Shown in pieces: positions 18,266 to 27,059 of a DNA stretch of 40,103 nt; the first letter of the stretch is position 1; the number at the start of each line of letters is the position of its first letter. The stretch spans positions 1 through 40,103 of the IMG/VR virus record IMGVR_UViG_3300044972_002456, one strand, 5' to 3'. Below the pieces are notes generated by a model that was given only the letters and a program-made list of their open reading frames with translations, ran no database searches and was not told the DNA's origin. The stretch comes from a virus (Duplodnaviria; Caudoviricetes). The position numbers and the translations under genes are program-made.

Positions 18266-18523
18266 TTATTTCTCAATGATTTCTTCAATTATTAACGGGC
18301 ATGCCCATGATTCCCACGGCGTTTTTTTAATTCCTAAAGCCCAATTTTCTGCAGCATCTTCATGCATGTGCAATGAATGATTTCCATAAGCTTCTCTAAA
18401 TCTTTTATCGCCGTCATAAAAATCTATATAATAGATAGAGTCACACTCATAAACTTCTGCACGGCCTGTACCATCTAATTTAGTGTGTATTGATATTAAC
18501 TTAGGCTTAATAATATTCATCAT
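18266..18523 (-). CDS. hypothetical protein
   Basis: ATGA overlap with thyX stop; EDAAENWALG motif. Confidence 0.65.
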   Translation of the reverse strand: MMNIIKPKLISIHTKLDGTGRAEVYECDSIYYIDFYDGDKRFREAYGNHSLHMHEDAAENWALGIKKTPWESWACPLIIEEIIEK

Positions 18524-19197
18524 TCTATGACCTGCAGCATTAAAGGAAATATTGGCAATATCGCAATTGCACAAGCGCGGGCAATATGCATATGTTCTTT
18601 TTGAGTACCGTTAGAAGATCTTAATTCTATATAGTGTAGCCACGATCGTAATGTGCCATTCATATATAACCTAGAAACAGTATTACCTTCAGGAAGCACC
18701 GCGCGAGCTTGTTCTTTTGCAATGCCGTTATCGATAGCCCATTGATATGCTACCTTTGCTTCATGTATAACTGACTGCTGTTTTATCTTCCAGTTATATT
18801 CAAGTTCTGTATCTTCGTTTTCAATACTGTTTTGGCGATTCTTATTATCTTGTAATCTAGCTTCTCTAAATACAAAGTCTAATTCCTTTGTAGGATCAGC
18901 GTATCTCTGTGAAAACTCTTGAAATGAAAAGGATCTATGTCTTAGTATTTGCCTAGCGATATCACGAGTAGTTTCAATCTCTAAACAAACACTAACCATT
19001 TCAAATGGAGACCAATGCTTATTTTTAGCTAGATATTTTAATAGTTTTTCATTCGTATCAACAGTATTTTGATTTGAAGGATTCGACACTCTAGCGCAGT
19101 ATGCAATCAAGTTTGCAAGTTTATTATTCAGATCCATTGGTTCTGCTTGGAAGTGATCTTGCGGAGCTTGACTATAACTAATTAATTTTACGTTCAT
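18520..19197 (-). CDS. thyX: flavin-dependent thymidylate synthase
   Basis: HWSPFE and RHRSFSFQEFSQRY ThyX signature. Confidence 0.95.
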   Translation of the reverse strand: MNVKLISYSQAPQDHFQAEPMDLNNKLANLIAYCARVSNPSNQNTVDTNEKLLKYLAKNKHWSPFEMVSVCLEIETTRDIARQILRHRSFSFQEFSQRYADPTKELDFVFREARLQDNKNRQNSIENEDTELEYNWKIKQQSVIHEAKVAYQWAIDNGIAKEQARAVLPEGNTVSRLYMNGTLRSWLHYIELRSSNGTQKEHMHIARACAIAILPIFPLMLQVIE

Positions 19198-20555
19198 ATT
19201 TTAAACCCTTCATATTTATTTGAAGAATAATTTGTATTTGTAGTAGTGCCAGTATTAACCAATCCACTTTGAGCAGATTGTTCAACATCAAATAGTTTCA
19301 TCTTATTTCGATCAATACCAATAACAAATCTTTTATTGATAGATGGATCGTTATATCGATTCTTTAATTGCTTTACTAATATTTGACCTAATCCTTCGAG
19401 CTCTTCGTTTGAGATTAAAGCAAACATTAAATCAGCAGTTGCTGGTAGCCCAAAAGATTCAGAAGTATCTTCAAGACCAACATCAGAATTTGCAAAGCCA
19501 GATCGAGTAGTTTGAGTTGCTGATACAATAGGAACATTAAACTCAACAGCTAAACCACGAATCTCTTCAGCAATTGCTTTAATATAACTATATGAATTAA
19601 TTGCTCCACCCATACCTTTCATACGAGAAGAAGAACATATGTTTAGATAATCAATAAAGATAATATCTGGTATAAAATTCTTTTTCATTTTAAGTTCTTT
19701 TAGCAGTGCTCTAAAATGACCAACATGAGCAGCACCAGTAGGATACTCTTTAATAATTATCTGGCCATGCGATCGTTCACCAATATTTTTTACTTTATTA
19801 GTAAATGCTTCTTTCGAAAGATTACCTAGGTGATTGATCGATACATTCATTAAATTTGCATCGATACGTTCAGCAATCTTTTCTTCAGACATTTCCATAG
19901 TAATGTACAAAGCATTCTTTCCCTGAGAAAGGACAGAGCCAGCAATGTGACACATAAAAAGAGATTTACCGACACCAGTACCAGCAAGTGCAATATTCAA
20001 AGTTTTCTTTGGTAATCCACCTTTTGTGATTTCGTTAAATCTTTCTAAGTCAAATGGTATTTTATCTTCTACCATATGATACGAGTCGTAGCGTTCTTCG
20101 CCATTCAATAAGTAATCATGGCCAATGTTATTATCAAAGCATACTGATAAGGCTTCAGATAATAGTTCTGGCAAAGCATTCTTCGTAAGCTCTGGGTCTT
20201 TACCATCAATGATAGAAATGGACTTCATGATTGCAAGATGGATTGCTCTATCTTGACACCATTTCTCCGTGTGATTCAAAAGCCATTCTAGGTCTGGTTT
20301 TTCAGATATGTTAACAATTTCATTAACTACTCCAGCCGCTTCTGCAAATTGAGAGTTATTAATAATCTCTTCACTTAAATCAACCTTTAAAGATTCTATC
20401 GTAGGTAGTTTATTATACTTACTTACAAACGCTAAAATCTTATCGAAAATTATACGATGCGAACCTTCGAAATAATCTTTACGCAAAAATGGAATAACTT
20501 TACGAGTAAAATCATCGTTAGTTATAAGATTTTTCAAAATGACTGTTTGTATCAA
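19194..20555 (-). CDS. 41: replicative DnaB-like helicase (T4 gp41)
   Basis: Walker A AGTGVGKS, IDYLNI, SATQTTR, SESFGLPATAD, LKNRY. Confidence 0.95.
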   Translation of the reverse strand: MIQTVILKNLITNDDFTRKVIPFLRKDYFEGSHRIIFDKILAFVSKYNKLPTIESLKVDLSEEIINNSQFAEAAGVVNEIVNISEKPDLEWLLNHTEKWCQDRAIHLAIMKSISIIDGKDPELTKNALPELLSEALSVCFDNNIGHDYLLNGEERYDSYHMVEDKIPFDLERFNEITKGGLPKKTLNIALAGTGVGKSLFMCHIAGSVLSQGKNALYITMEMSEEKIAERIDANLMNVSINHLGNLSKEAFTNKVKNIGERSHGQIIIKEYPTGAAHVGHFRALLKELKMKKNFIPDIIFIDYLNICSSSRMKGMGGAINSYSYIKAIAEEIRGLAVEFNVPIVSATQTTRSGFANSDVGLEDTSESFGLPATADLMFALISNEELEGLGQILVKQLKNRYNDPSINKRFVIGIDRNKMKLFDVEQSAQSGLVNTGTTTNTNYSSNKYEGFKI

Positions 20556-20871
20556 CTGGCTTTACTCCAATAGCAAAATTATTATGTTCAAGTGCTTCAA
20601 GTATAATCACCTGAAGCATGTCACCAAGATATGTTTTGAATTCATTTGACTCTAATGTCTTAGTATCCAAATTAGATTCATTAACAACATATTCATACGA
20701 AAATATTATTTCAGCATCAGGATCTTCTAGAGTTGGTTCTGTTAAACATATTTTACCATATGTAACAACTGTGCCAGCATATTCTCCAGTGAGTATCTTA
20801 ATAGAGTCATGATCAGACTCTTTCATATAAGATATCTGTGCATAATCGTATTTTGATATTCTATTATACAT
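20518..20871 (-). CDS. hypothetical protein at the T4 gp40 syntenic position
   Basis: Between uvsX and 41; start overlaps uvsX stop. Confidence 0.65.
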   Translation of the reverse strand: MYNRISKYDYAQISYMKESDHDSIKILTGEYAGTVVTYGKICLTEPTLEDPDAEIIFSYEYVVNESNLDTKTLESNEFKTYLGDMLQVIILEALEHNNFAIGVKPVDTNSHFEKSYN

Positions 20872-21931
20872 CAGTATCACTCTGAAGTACATCTTCAAAT
20901 ACTTCTGCAGGAATTTGAGATCTATACCCAATAGTGTAGTGTTGCTTTACAAATTCTTTAAAGTCTGTATTTTTAAAGATTGGAAGCCAAAATTCTTCTA
21001 ACAAGGTTTGTGCTTCACGAACTTTACCAGAAGTCACTTCACCAGTTGCTGGGTTTATTGCTTCGTACCAACCATTAGAAGGCTTTTGCACATAACCACC
21101 AGCCATAGCAACTTCAAGTAGACCAGAATATTTTTCAATACCGCCTTCCCAAGTTACAGTGATAGGTACTTTAGATTTTTCTTTTACAAATCGCGATTTT
21201 TCTACATTGATAACAAACTCATAACCAGTTACTTCTGTACCAGTTTTATTCTGTCTGCGTCCAAGAATCCAAATATTATCTGCAGAATAATAAATACCCG
21301 TGCCACCACTCACTACTGCTTTAGGAAAAAGCCCGATTTCTTGATACGTGTGATTTACCGCAAGCATTGGAATATCTTTCATAGTCAAATACGGAGTTGA
21401 CATACGAAATAGTCCTTTGAGTGCTTTAGCTCTAGACATATCAGCTACAGATTTTTCATTAATGGTATCTTCTAATTCTTTCTTCGAAGCAAGATTACCA
21501 ATAGAGTCAATTACTATAATAACCTTTTCACCACGTTCAATTACTTCCAATTGATTGATAAGATCAAATTTAAGTTCTTCAACATTAGTAATAGGTGTAT
21601 GCAAAACACGATGCGTTTCAATATCAAATGATTCAAAATACGATTGTGGAGAACCAAATTCAGAATCGTAAAATAGCATAATAGCTTCTGGATATTTTTT
21701 CATATAAGCGCCAGCCATTAGTAGCGCAAATGAAGTTTTGAAATGTTTACTTGGACCAGCAAGTACGGTCATACCTGGGGTAAGTCCACCATCTATAGAT
21801 CCAGATAGTGCAACGTTAATCATAGGCACATCTGTTGTAACCATATCTTTTGAAATAAAGAATTTTGATTTTGAAAGAACTTCAGTATGATCTAGTTTTG
21901 AGTTCTTTCTAAGTTTATCCATTACTGACAT
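20864..21931 (-). CDS. uvsX: RecA-like recombinase
   Basis: AGPSKHFKT, YDSEFG, IDSIGNLASKKE, DMSRAK, GGTG motifs. Confidence 0.95.
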   Translation of the reverse strand: MSVMDKLRKNSKLDHTEVLSKSKFFISKDMVTTDVPMINVALSGSIDGGLTPGMTVLAGPSKHFKTSFALLMAGAYMKKYPEAIMLFYDSEFGSPQSYFESFDIETHRVLHTPITNVEELKFDLINQLEVIERGEKVIIVIDSIGNLASKKELEDTINEKSVADMSRAKALKGLFRMSTPYLTMKDIPMLAVNHTYQEIGLFPKAVVSGGTGIYYSADNIWILGRRQNKTGTEVTGYEFVINVEKSRFVKEKSKVPITVTWEGGIEKYSGLLEVAMAGGYVQKPSNGWYEAINPATGEVTSGKVREAQTLLEEFWLPIFKNTDFKEFVKQHYTIGYRSQIPAEVFEDVLQSDTDV

Positions 21932-21962
21932 TTTGATTCACCTTTATTTAGTATAGTGTGCT

Positions 21963-21991
21963 ATTATATCATTAATTGATCTAATTGTACA
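21963..21991 (-). promoter_or_regulatory. early/sigma70-type promoter TGTACA-N17-TATAAT
   Basis: Motif copy upstream of uvsX. Confidence 0.8.
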
Positions 21992-22013
21992 CTGCTTTGT
22001 TTTAAGTATTTTG

Positions 22014-23048
22014 TTATGCAAAGAAGTCTTCTAGTGTTGCAGGTGCGTTTCCGGAAAGGCCAGACCATTTGTGACCTTGCCAGTGTGGATATGATGCTCG
22101 CGATAGATGAACGGACTTTGGCTTTTCCATGTGGGAAAAATCAAGTTCGCCTTTATCATTACTTAGGTACTCAACCCACTCGATGAAGTTGACACTGCCA
22201 TGCGCACACAGCTTTCTCATCTCGTCCTTGAAGATAAGGCGATATCTATTTCGATCTTCCCATGAACCATAAAACGGAGTACCTTTATAATAACCAGTTT
22301 TTGGTAGAACCCGAGATTCGTTTTCGATAGGAAGTAACTCGTATGCATAGACCTTTGCAAGATCGAGTTGGCTAAGTTGTGTATAGTATCTATTCGCTAA
22401 ATCTCGAGTAGCCGCTTCAGGATCAGGCTGACGACAAAGGTGATGACGAATATCGATGTTGCCAAAGTAAAATTCTGCGATCTCGTGGTGTGGTTTAATG
22501 AATGATTGCAAACCCTCCTTGAGTGCACCGTGTAGCGTCTTAAACGGAACGGAGTTGACAAACCAACCAGGACGATACATGCAAATAGCATGGCTGTCGC
22601 CGGCTACAACACGATTTACAGATTCAATCTCACGAATGGTGATTGCAGTATCTTCGATAATTTTTAAGTTATCCCAATCAACCTTGTGCCAGTCAGGATG
22701 GATCTCTCCGGTCATACGAGGCTTTAGCATCTCTGAATATTTTGGATGATCAATCCACAGAGAATATATAGGGCCTTTGATCTTTGAGTACCGAATTAGA
22801 TTATCAATGCTGCCATAATTTTTCATGCCACCAAAGAGATTCAGCGTACCACCCCAATCATTACCATGATAGACGTATACACTATCAAATGCATTTGGAT
22901 CCGGGGCAATATTACCAGTCCGATCTAGATGAACATGACGACAGAGTGCAACGCTCAATTGCTCAGCATAGATTGCAGCCTGCGCCGCACGATGCGAATG
23001 AATGTTAGACGAGATGTTAGTGAATGGAGATGTAATCAGAATGCTCAT
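22014..23048 (-). CDS. putative DNA-modifying enzyme: BGT-like N-domain plus SGNH-like C-domain
   Basis: LNLFGG..IYSLWID resembles T4 BGT INFFGG..IYYLFTD (recalled); VAGDSH, FGNID, SVH resemble SGNH blocks. Confidence 0.5.
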   Translation of the reverse strand: MSILITSPFTNISSNIHSHRAAQAAIYAEQLSVALCRHVHLDRTGNIAPDPNAFDSVYVYHGNDWGGTLNLFGGMKNYGSIDNLIRYSKIKGPIYSLWIDHPKYSEMLKPRMTGEIHPDWHKVDWDNLKIIEDTAITIREIESVNRVVAGDSHAICMYRPGWFVNSVPFKTLHGALKEGLQSFIKPHHEIAEFYFGNIDIRHHLCRQPDPEAATRDLANRYYTQLSQLDLAKVYAYELLPIENESRVLPKTGYYKGTPFYGSWEDRNRYRLIFKDEMRKLCAHGSVNFIEWVEYLSNDKGELDFSHMEKPKSVHLSRASYPHWQGHKWSGLSGNAPATLEDFFA

Positions 23049-23057
23049 ATTTTATTC

Positions 23058-23960
23058 TTAAATATCAAGTGCTACATAAGGTATGTCTTTTTTTGGCCAG
23101 TCGCGATAACTATTTACACGATCGTAGATAGTAGGATCGTTAAGTACCGGTTCCTTACCAACGTTCCAGAAAAGAATGTTTTTACCGGTGTTTTTAGGAA
23201 TGTACTTCCACACCTTACCATCATACGTATCGATGCATGGGAACGGTGGTAGGTTCTTGGCCTTTTCACTTTGTTGGAAAGCCATTGGTTCTGAGATAAC
23301 ATCAGCACGACCAAGTTCGCCAGCTTTCAGGTTACGAGACACAGCAACTGAATGGAACTTGGCATTTGGCCAGGCAATCTGCATTGCTCGCGAAAGAACG
23401 CCTGTTGAGATAGCTACATAGACTTCATCAGGCGGATCAATCTTCGATGCAGCCATTACGATACCTGCAGTAACTAGCTCATGTTTCAGGCCGAGTGGAA
23501 CAAAGAACGCATCTTCCTGAGAATCAGCCCAATCTTTTGCGATCTTGTTTAGATTTGGCATAGCAGCGATACGATGAAACGATGCATCTGCTCCTTGTTC
23601 AATACAACATGCCTGATGGTGAGAGATTGTTTGTGAAGAAGGCATGAACAACTTCACCTTCTTATTATGGCGTTTTGCTACATCGAGAAGAGAAACGCCT
23701 GCAAGTCCAGTACGAGGCTGGACGTATACGATTGTTGACTGACTGATTCTTGAGACGAGGCAATCTCCTCCACGCACCTTCGTACCTGTGATGAGATCGT
23801 CTCGCACACACCGAATGCCATCATGTATAGTTACTACTGGATCAGGATACGGATCTGTCCATGTTGCCGCAAGATTTAGATAATAATCTTTTGCCTCTTG
23901 CCAAGATCTGTATCCTACATCTTGGTTGTATCCATCGACTACGTGCTTATTGTGGCTCAT
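23058..23960 (-). CDS. PLP-dependent enzyme, fold type II, of the kind found in phage base-hypermodification loci
   Basis: VRDDL..GTKVRG (PLP Lys), VAISTG phosphate loop, YDGKVW, LFWNVG. Confidence 0.8.
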   Translation of the reverse strand: MSHNKHVVDGYNQDVGYRSWQEAKDYYLNLAATWTDPYPDPVVTIHDGIRCVRDDLITGTKVRGGDCLVSRISQSTIVYVQPRTGLAGVSLLDVAKRHNKKVKLFMPSSQTISHHQACCIEQGADASFHRIAAMPNLNKIAKDWADSQEDAFFVPLGLKHELVTAGIVMAASKIDPPDEVYVAISTGVLSRAMQIAWPNAKFHSVAVSRNLKAGELGRADVISEPMAFQQSEKAKNLPPFPCIDTYDGKVWKYIPKNTGKNILFWNVGKEPVLNDPTIYDRVNSYRDWPKKDIPYVALDI

Positions 23961-25108
23961 GTCATATTCCTTACTAAAGCTTTGTATTGCTCGACAGAGA
24001 TGCCTGCCTGCTTGAGTATATAGTCATCTGATGGATGAGCAGTCATACCATTAAAGGTCTTGATGAGTCCGAGATCTAGCATCGCACGTTGACGCCCGTA
24101 CGGGTGATCCTTAATTTTACAGGAAGACCAGACAGAGTCAAAACAAAGATGGTTATAGTCTGATCCTGGCTTAACATAGTTCTCGACCCATCTGATAAAG
24201 TCGCAACATACATCTTCTGCATTATACGGGTATGCACCCGTGTCTGCATAAATCTTTTCCATTACCCTATCAAGAAATAGTTCTTTTTTTATTCTATCCG
24301 TGTTGTCTGCTAGATAGGAGATGCACTCGACTGCATTCGTACCATAGTAGAACGGACTCTCAAGATTGCAGTACTCTGGATACCAGTCAGCAATGTCAGC
24401 AACAACCGCTGCATACTGAAACTTGTATTGACGAAGACCATTAGTAACATTCCATGCCAACATCCAATCTCCGATCTCACGAAGATCTCTCTTGGCATTG
24501 TTACCCTGAAGCCACTCAGCAAGGTCACGTGCTAGACGCGGAGCAAACTCGGATAGATAATAGTCGCCACCTTTCTTGTACTTTAAACCAGCAGGTACCT
24601 TAGGGAATGCAGGAAACTGATAACCGACCGATGTAAAAAATGGATGTTGATGAGAGTTCACACGACGAACCATATCTTCGATCGACTTATATTGATATAG
24701 ATGTGGAAGCAGTGTGTTGTGATAACCGGATGGTTTCTTTGAATAGTTAATGCCAGAGCCTGTGACACGGTGAAGAATAAATATGTATAACCATTCTGGT
24801 AAATCAAAGTCGTCATGCTTACCTGTCCAGTCACGGGCGATGTACCCACGCTCCCGTGTGTGGAAGCCTTGTTCCATCTTATGGAAGTAAGGATGCTTAT
24901 CAGTCCAGCCATAGAAAACATCGTTTACGATCTGAGAAAAGCCGGCAAACTTGCGTTCAACAACATCGTACAATTCGACATTCTCGAGAAGATCGTCGTT
25001 CATATTGCTTTCAAGATATGGAACTGTTCCTAGGTTACACTTTGCTTGTTGATCCTTTGCAAGTTCAAAGTACCGAAGATATTCATCATAATATTCTGTT
25101 AGCTTCAC
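23957..25108 (-). CDS. aGPT-Pplase / 5-HMUDK-like helical (HhH glycosylase-fold) DNA base-modifying protein
   Basis: FQYAAVVAD...YGTNA...AEDVCCDF pattern resembles the family C-terminal motifs; operon context. Confidence 0.6.
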   Translation of the reverse strand: MKLTEYYDEYLRYFELAKDQQAKCNLGTVPYLESNMNDDLLENVELYDVVERKFAGFSQIVNDVFYGWTDKHPYFHKMEQGFHTRERGYIARDWTGKHDDFDLPEWLYIFILHRVTGSGINYSKKPSGYHNTLLPHLYQYKSIEDMVRRVNSHQHPFFTSVGYQFPAFPKVPAGLKYKKGGDYYLSEFAPRLARDLAEWLQGNNAKRDLREIGDWMLAWNVTNGLRQYKFQYAAVVADIADWYPEYCNLESPFYYGTNAVECISYLADNTDRIKKELFLDRVMEKIYADTGAYPYNAEDVCCDFIRWVENYVKPGSDYNHLCFDSVWSSCKIKDHPYGRQRAMLDLGLIKTFNGMTAHPSDDYILKQAGISVEQYKALVRNMT

Positions 25109-25120
25109 GTTTTTCTCGAC

Positions 25121-25600
25121 CTATTTTATCCATAAAAACTCCCAAGTAATTCCTGCTTCATCAAACATTTCTTTCGTTATTTCAAATGACTGCATCCAAC
25201 GATCAGTCACTTTATAATCTTCTTCTATTGACATTATTACATGCTTTATTCCAGTTTGAATAACGCCTTTAGCACATTCTGAACAAACCGGTAATCCAAA
25301 AACATATAATGTAGCTCCATCAAGAGAAACGCCAGTATATGTAGCATTATATATTACGTTCATTTCTGCATGAACTACATACTTGTATTTTTGTTCTTTG
25401 GTATGTAGTCTTTCAAAGGTGTCTTTTACATTTCTAGGAAAGCCATTATAACCTTGAGATAATACTTGGCCTTTTTCAGAAACGGCAATCGCACCAATTT
25501 GGCGCGATGGATCCTTTGACCATGTAGATATTTCTTTTGCTAAAGATAAGAATCGAAGATCCCAAATTTTATCGGAATTCCTAATAGGAGCAATATTCAT
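25121..25600 (-). CDS. cd: dCMP deaminase
   Basis: SKDPS, GYNG, HAEMN, PVCSEC zinc motif. Confidence 0.9.
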   Translation of the reverse strand: MNIAPIRNSDKIWDLRFLSLAKEISTWSKDPSRQIGAIAVSEKGQVLSQGYNGFPRNVKDTFERLHTKEQKYKYVVHAEMNVIYNATYTGVSLDGATLYVFGLPVCSECAKGVIQTGIKHVIMSIEEDYKVTDRWMQSFEITKEMFDEAGITWEFLWIK

Positions 25601-26259
25601 TATTTTACCAAATCAAAATGGCGCTCATAAACGTGAAGGTTTTGAACTTGCCAGATAATACTACCAGTGCCAATACTTAGCTGAGTAGCAAGTTGTGTTA
25701 ACACATACTCTTGCCATGCATAATCATTCTTATATCCATATACAACATCGTTAGATCGCATTTGTACAACAGCATATAGTAACTTATTACGAATATAGTA
25801 AGTTACAGCATTAGTGCAAATAAAATCAGATTTTCCATTTTCATCAAACTCAACCCAAATAGAAGGACGATTATAAATCATCGCTGCACGACGACCATCT
25901 GGGTTATTACGTAATTCTCTTAGTACGTTATTATATTGGTTGTAATATTTCTTAGACCAAATAAGAGTACCGTAATTTGAATTGATTTCTCCATGATCAT
26001 TTGACGATAACTGCCACGCTTTTGGTGGACTTCTACCATCATTGAAGATATCATTTATATTTGTGGATTGTGATCTATACCAAGAAATTTCAGAATCAAT
26101 ATATTCTTTATTTACTTGGCCAAAAATTGCTGGTTCATCTGCAATAAACGATGCACCAATAATTTCAATTGTTTTTTGACCGGTTTTATCTAAAGTAAAA
26201 TTTTTATTTTTTAGTTCATCAATAAAGTGTTTGCGAATATCTTTTACTGTGAGATACAT
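25600..26259 (-). CDS. 42: dCMP hydroxymethylase (T4 gp42-like)
   Basis: Colinear similarity to T4 gp42: DKTG.KTIEIIGASF.ADEP, GEINSNYG, DF.CTN, MRSNDVV.G..NDYAWQ (Asp specificity residue), LHVY.RHF. Confidence 0.9.
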   Translation of the reverse strand: MYLTVKDIRKHFIDELKNKNFTLDKTGQKTIEIIGASFIADEPAIFGQVNKEYIDSEISWYRSQSTNINDIFNDGRSPPKAWQLSSNDHGEINSNYGTLIWSKKYYNQYNNVLRELRNNPDGRRAAMIYNRPSIWVEFDENGKSDFICTNAVTYYIRNKLLYAVVQMRSNDVVYGYKNDYAWQEYVLTQLATQLSIGTGSIIWQVQNLHVYERHFDLVK

Positions 26260-26271
26260 AACAATACGTCC

Positions 26272-26302
26272 AAAAAAGCTGAGGAGATCAAATGATCTCC
26301 TC
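26272..26302 (-). terminator. Rho-independent terminator
   Basis: gaggagatc / gatctcctc stem followed by U-run on minus strand. Confidence 0.7.
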
Positions 26303-26318
26303 GCGCCTATTTATTTAC

Positions 26319-26609
26319 TTACACTGTAAAGCCGTAACTACGAGCAGCTGCAATTGCACGATAACCTGCAGCAACAACCGATCGGCTTGGTGTACCGAGT
26401 CGATAGAAGGTACGGGTTTCGCCACCTTTATTTGTCAAGCGATTTGCATAAATTGCAAAGCCTTTCTGACGAAGATTGGTAATAGTAGCAGTGGGATTAG
26501 CTACGCCGAAACGTGACGTCATCTGAGCAGCGGTAAGACCTTTTGAATCAGCCTGAAGAGCTGCAAGTACACGTGATTCTTTTGTTACAGTTGTTGTTAC
26601 ATTTGTCAT
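26319..26609 (-). CDS. small winged helix-turn-helix DNA-binding protein
   Basis: VLAAL...LTAAQM...PTATITNLRQKGFAI...YRLG pattern. Confidence 0.7.
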   Translation of the reverse strand: MTNVTTTVTKESRVLAALQADSKGLTAAQMTSRFGVANPTATITNLRQKGFAIYANRLTNKGGETRTFYRLGTPSRSVVAAGYRAIAAARSYGFTV

Positions 26610-26641
26610 ATCAGTTTTCCTGTATATATTAATATTAAAGT

Positions 26642-26803
26642 TTATCTTACTAGGTATTTAATAAGATAAGATTATTATACCACACTTTCTATATAATGTA
26701 CACCTTTTTTTACAGATTATGTGGCGTTTCTTATCTCTTACTATCTACCTTTTTAATAAGATAAGAATATTATACTACGCTTTCTAGTTAATGTACACCT
26801 TTT
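26642..26803 (-). promoter_or_regulatory. two tandem TGTACA-N17-TATAAT promoters (26674-26702, 26769-26797) in a ~95-bp duplicated unit with TTATCTTA/TAAGATAA inverted boxes
   Basis: taataagataaga.tattatac...aatgtacacctttttt occurs twice. Confidence 0.8.
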
Positions 26804-26814
26804 TTTAATTATTT

Positions 26815-27000
26815 TTATACTAATGCGTTAAGCTTATGTACTTGCGATTCGATCAATTGACCAGAGGAATTATACAAATATAATATTTCGTGTACAAGAT
26901 TTTCATTTTGTCTTCGTTGTACAGATTGTTCTATTAGTGCAGTTTGCTGTTTACTTGTGGGTATTGGTACTATATTAATTTCAGATTTTTCTACTTTCAT
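26815..27000 (-). CDS. hypothetical protein
   Basis: 61-aa ORF. Confidence 0.55.
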   Translation of the reverse strand: MKVEKSEINIVPIPTSKQQTALIEQSVQRRQNENLVHEILYLYNSSGQLIESQVHKLNALV

Positions 27001-27020
27001 ATTACTCTCTGGAATGTAAT

Positions 27021-27049
27021 AAAAGGAGCCAAGTTTCCCTGGCTCCTTT
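27021..27049 (-). terminator. Rho-independent terminator
   Basis: aaaggagcca / tggctccttt stem right after the monooxygenase stop. Confidence 0.85.
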
Positions 27050-27059
27050 GATCTAAGGT

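Noticed and set aside
25600-26259. Annotation as ordinary thymidylate synthase ThyA or dUMP hydroxymethylase
   Set aside because: Colinear with T4 gp42, has Asp at the specificity position, and ThyX is present separately
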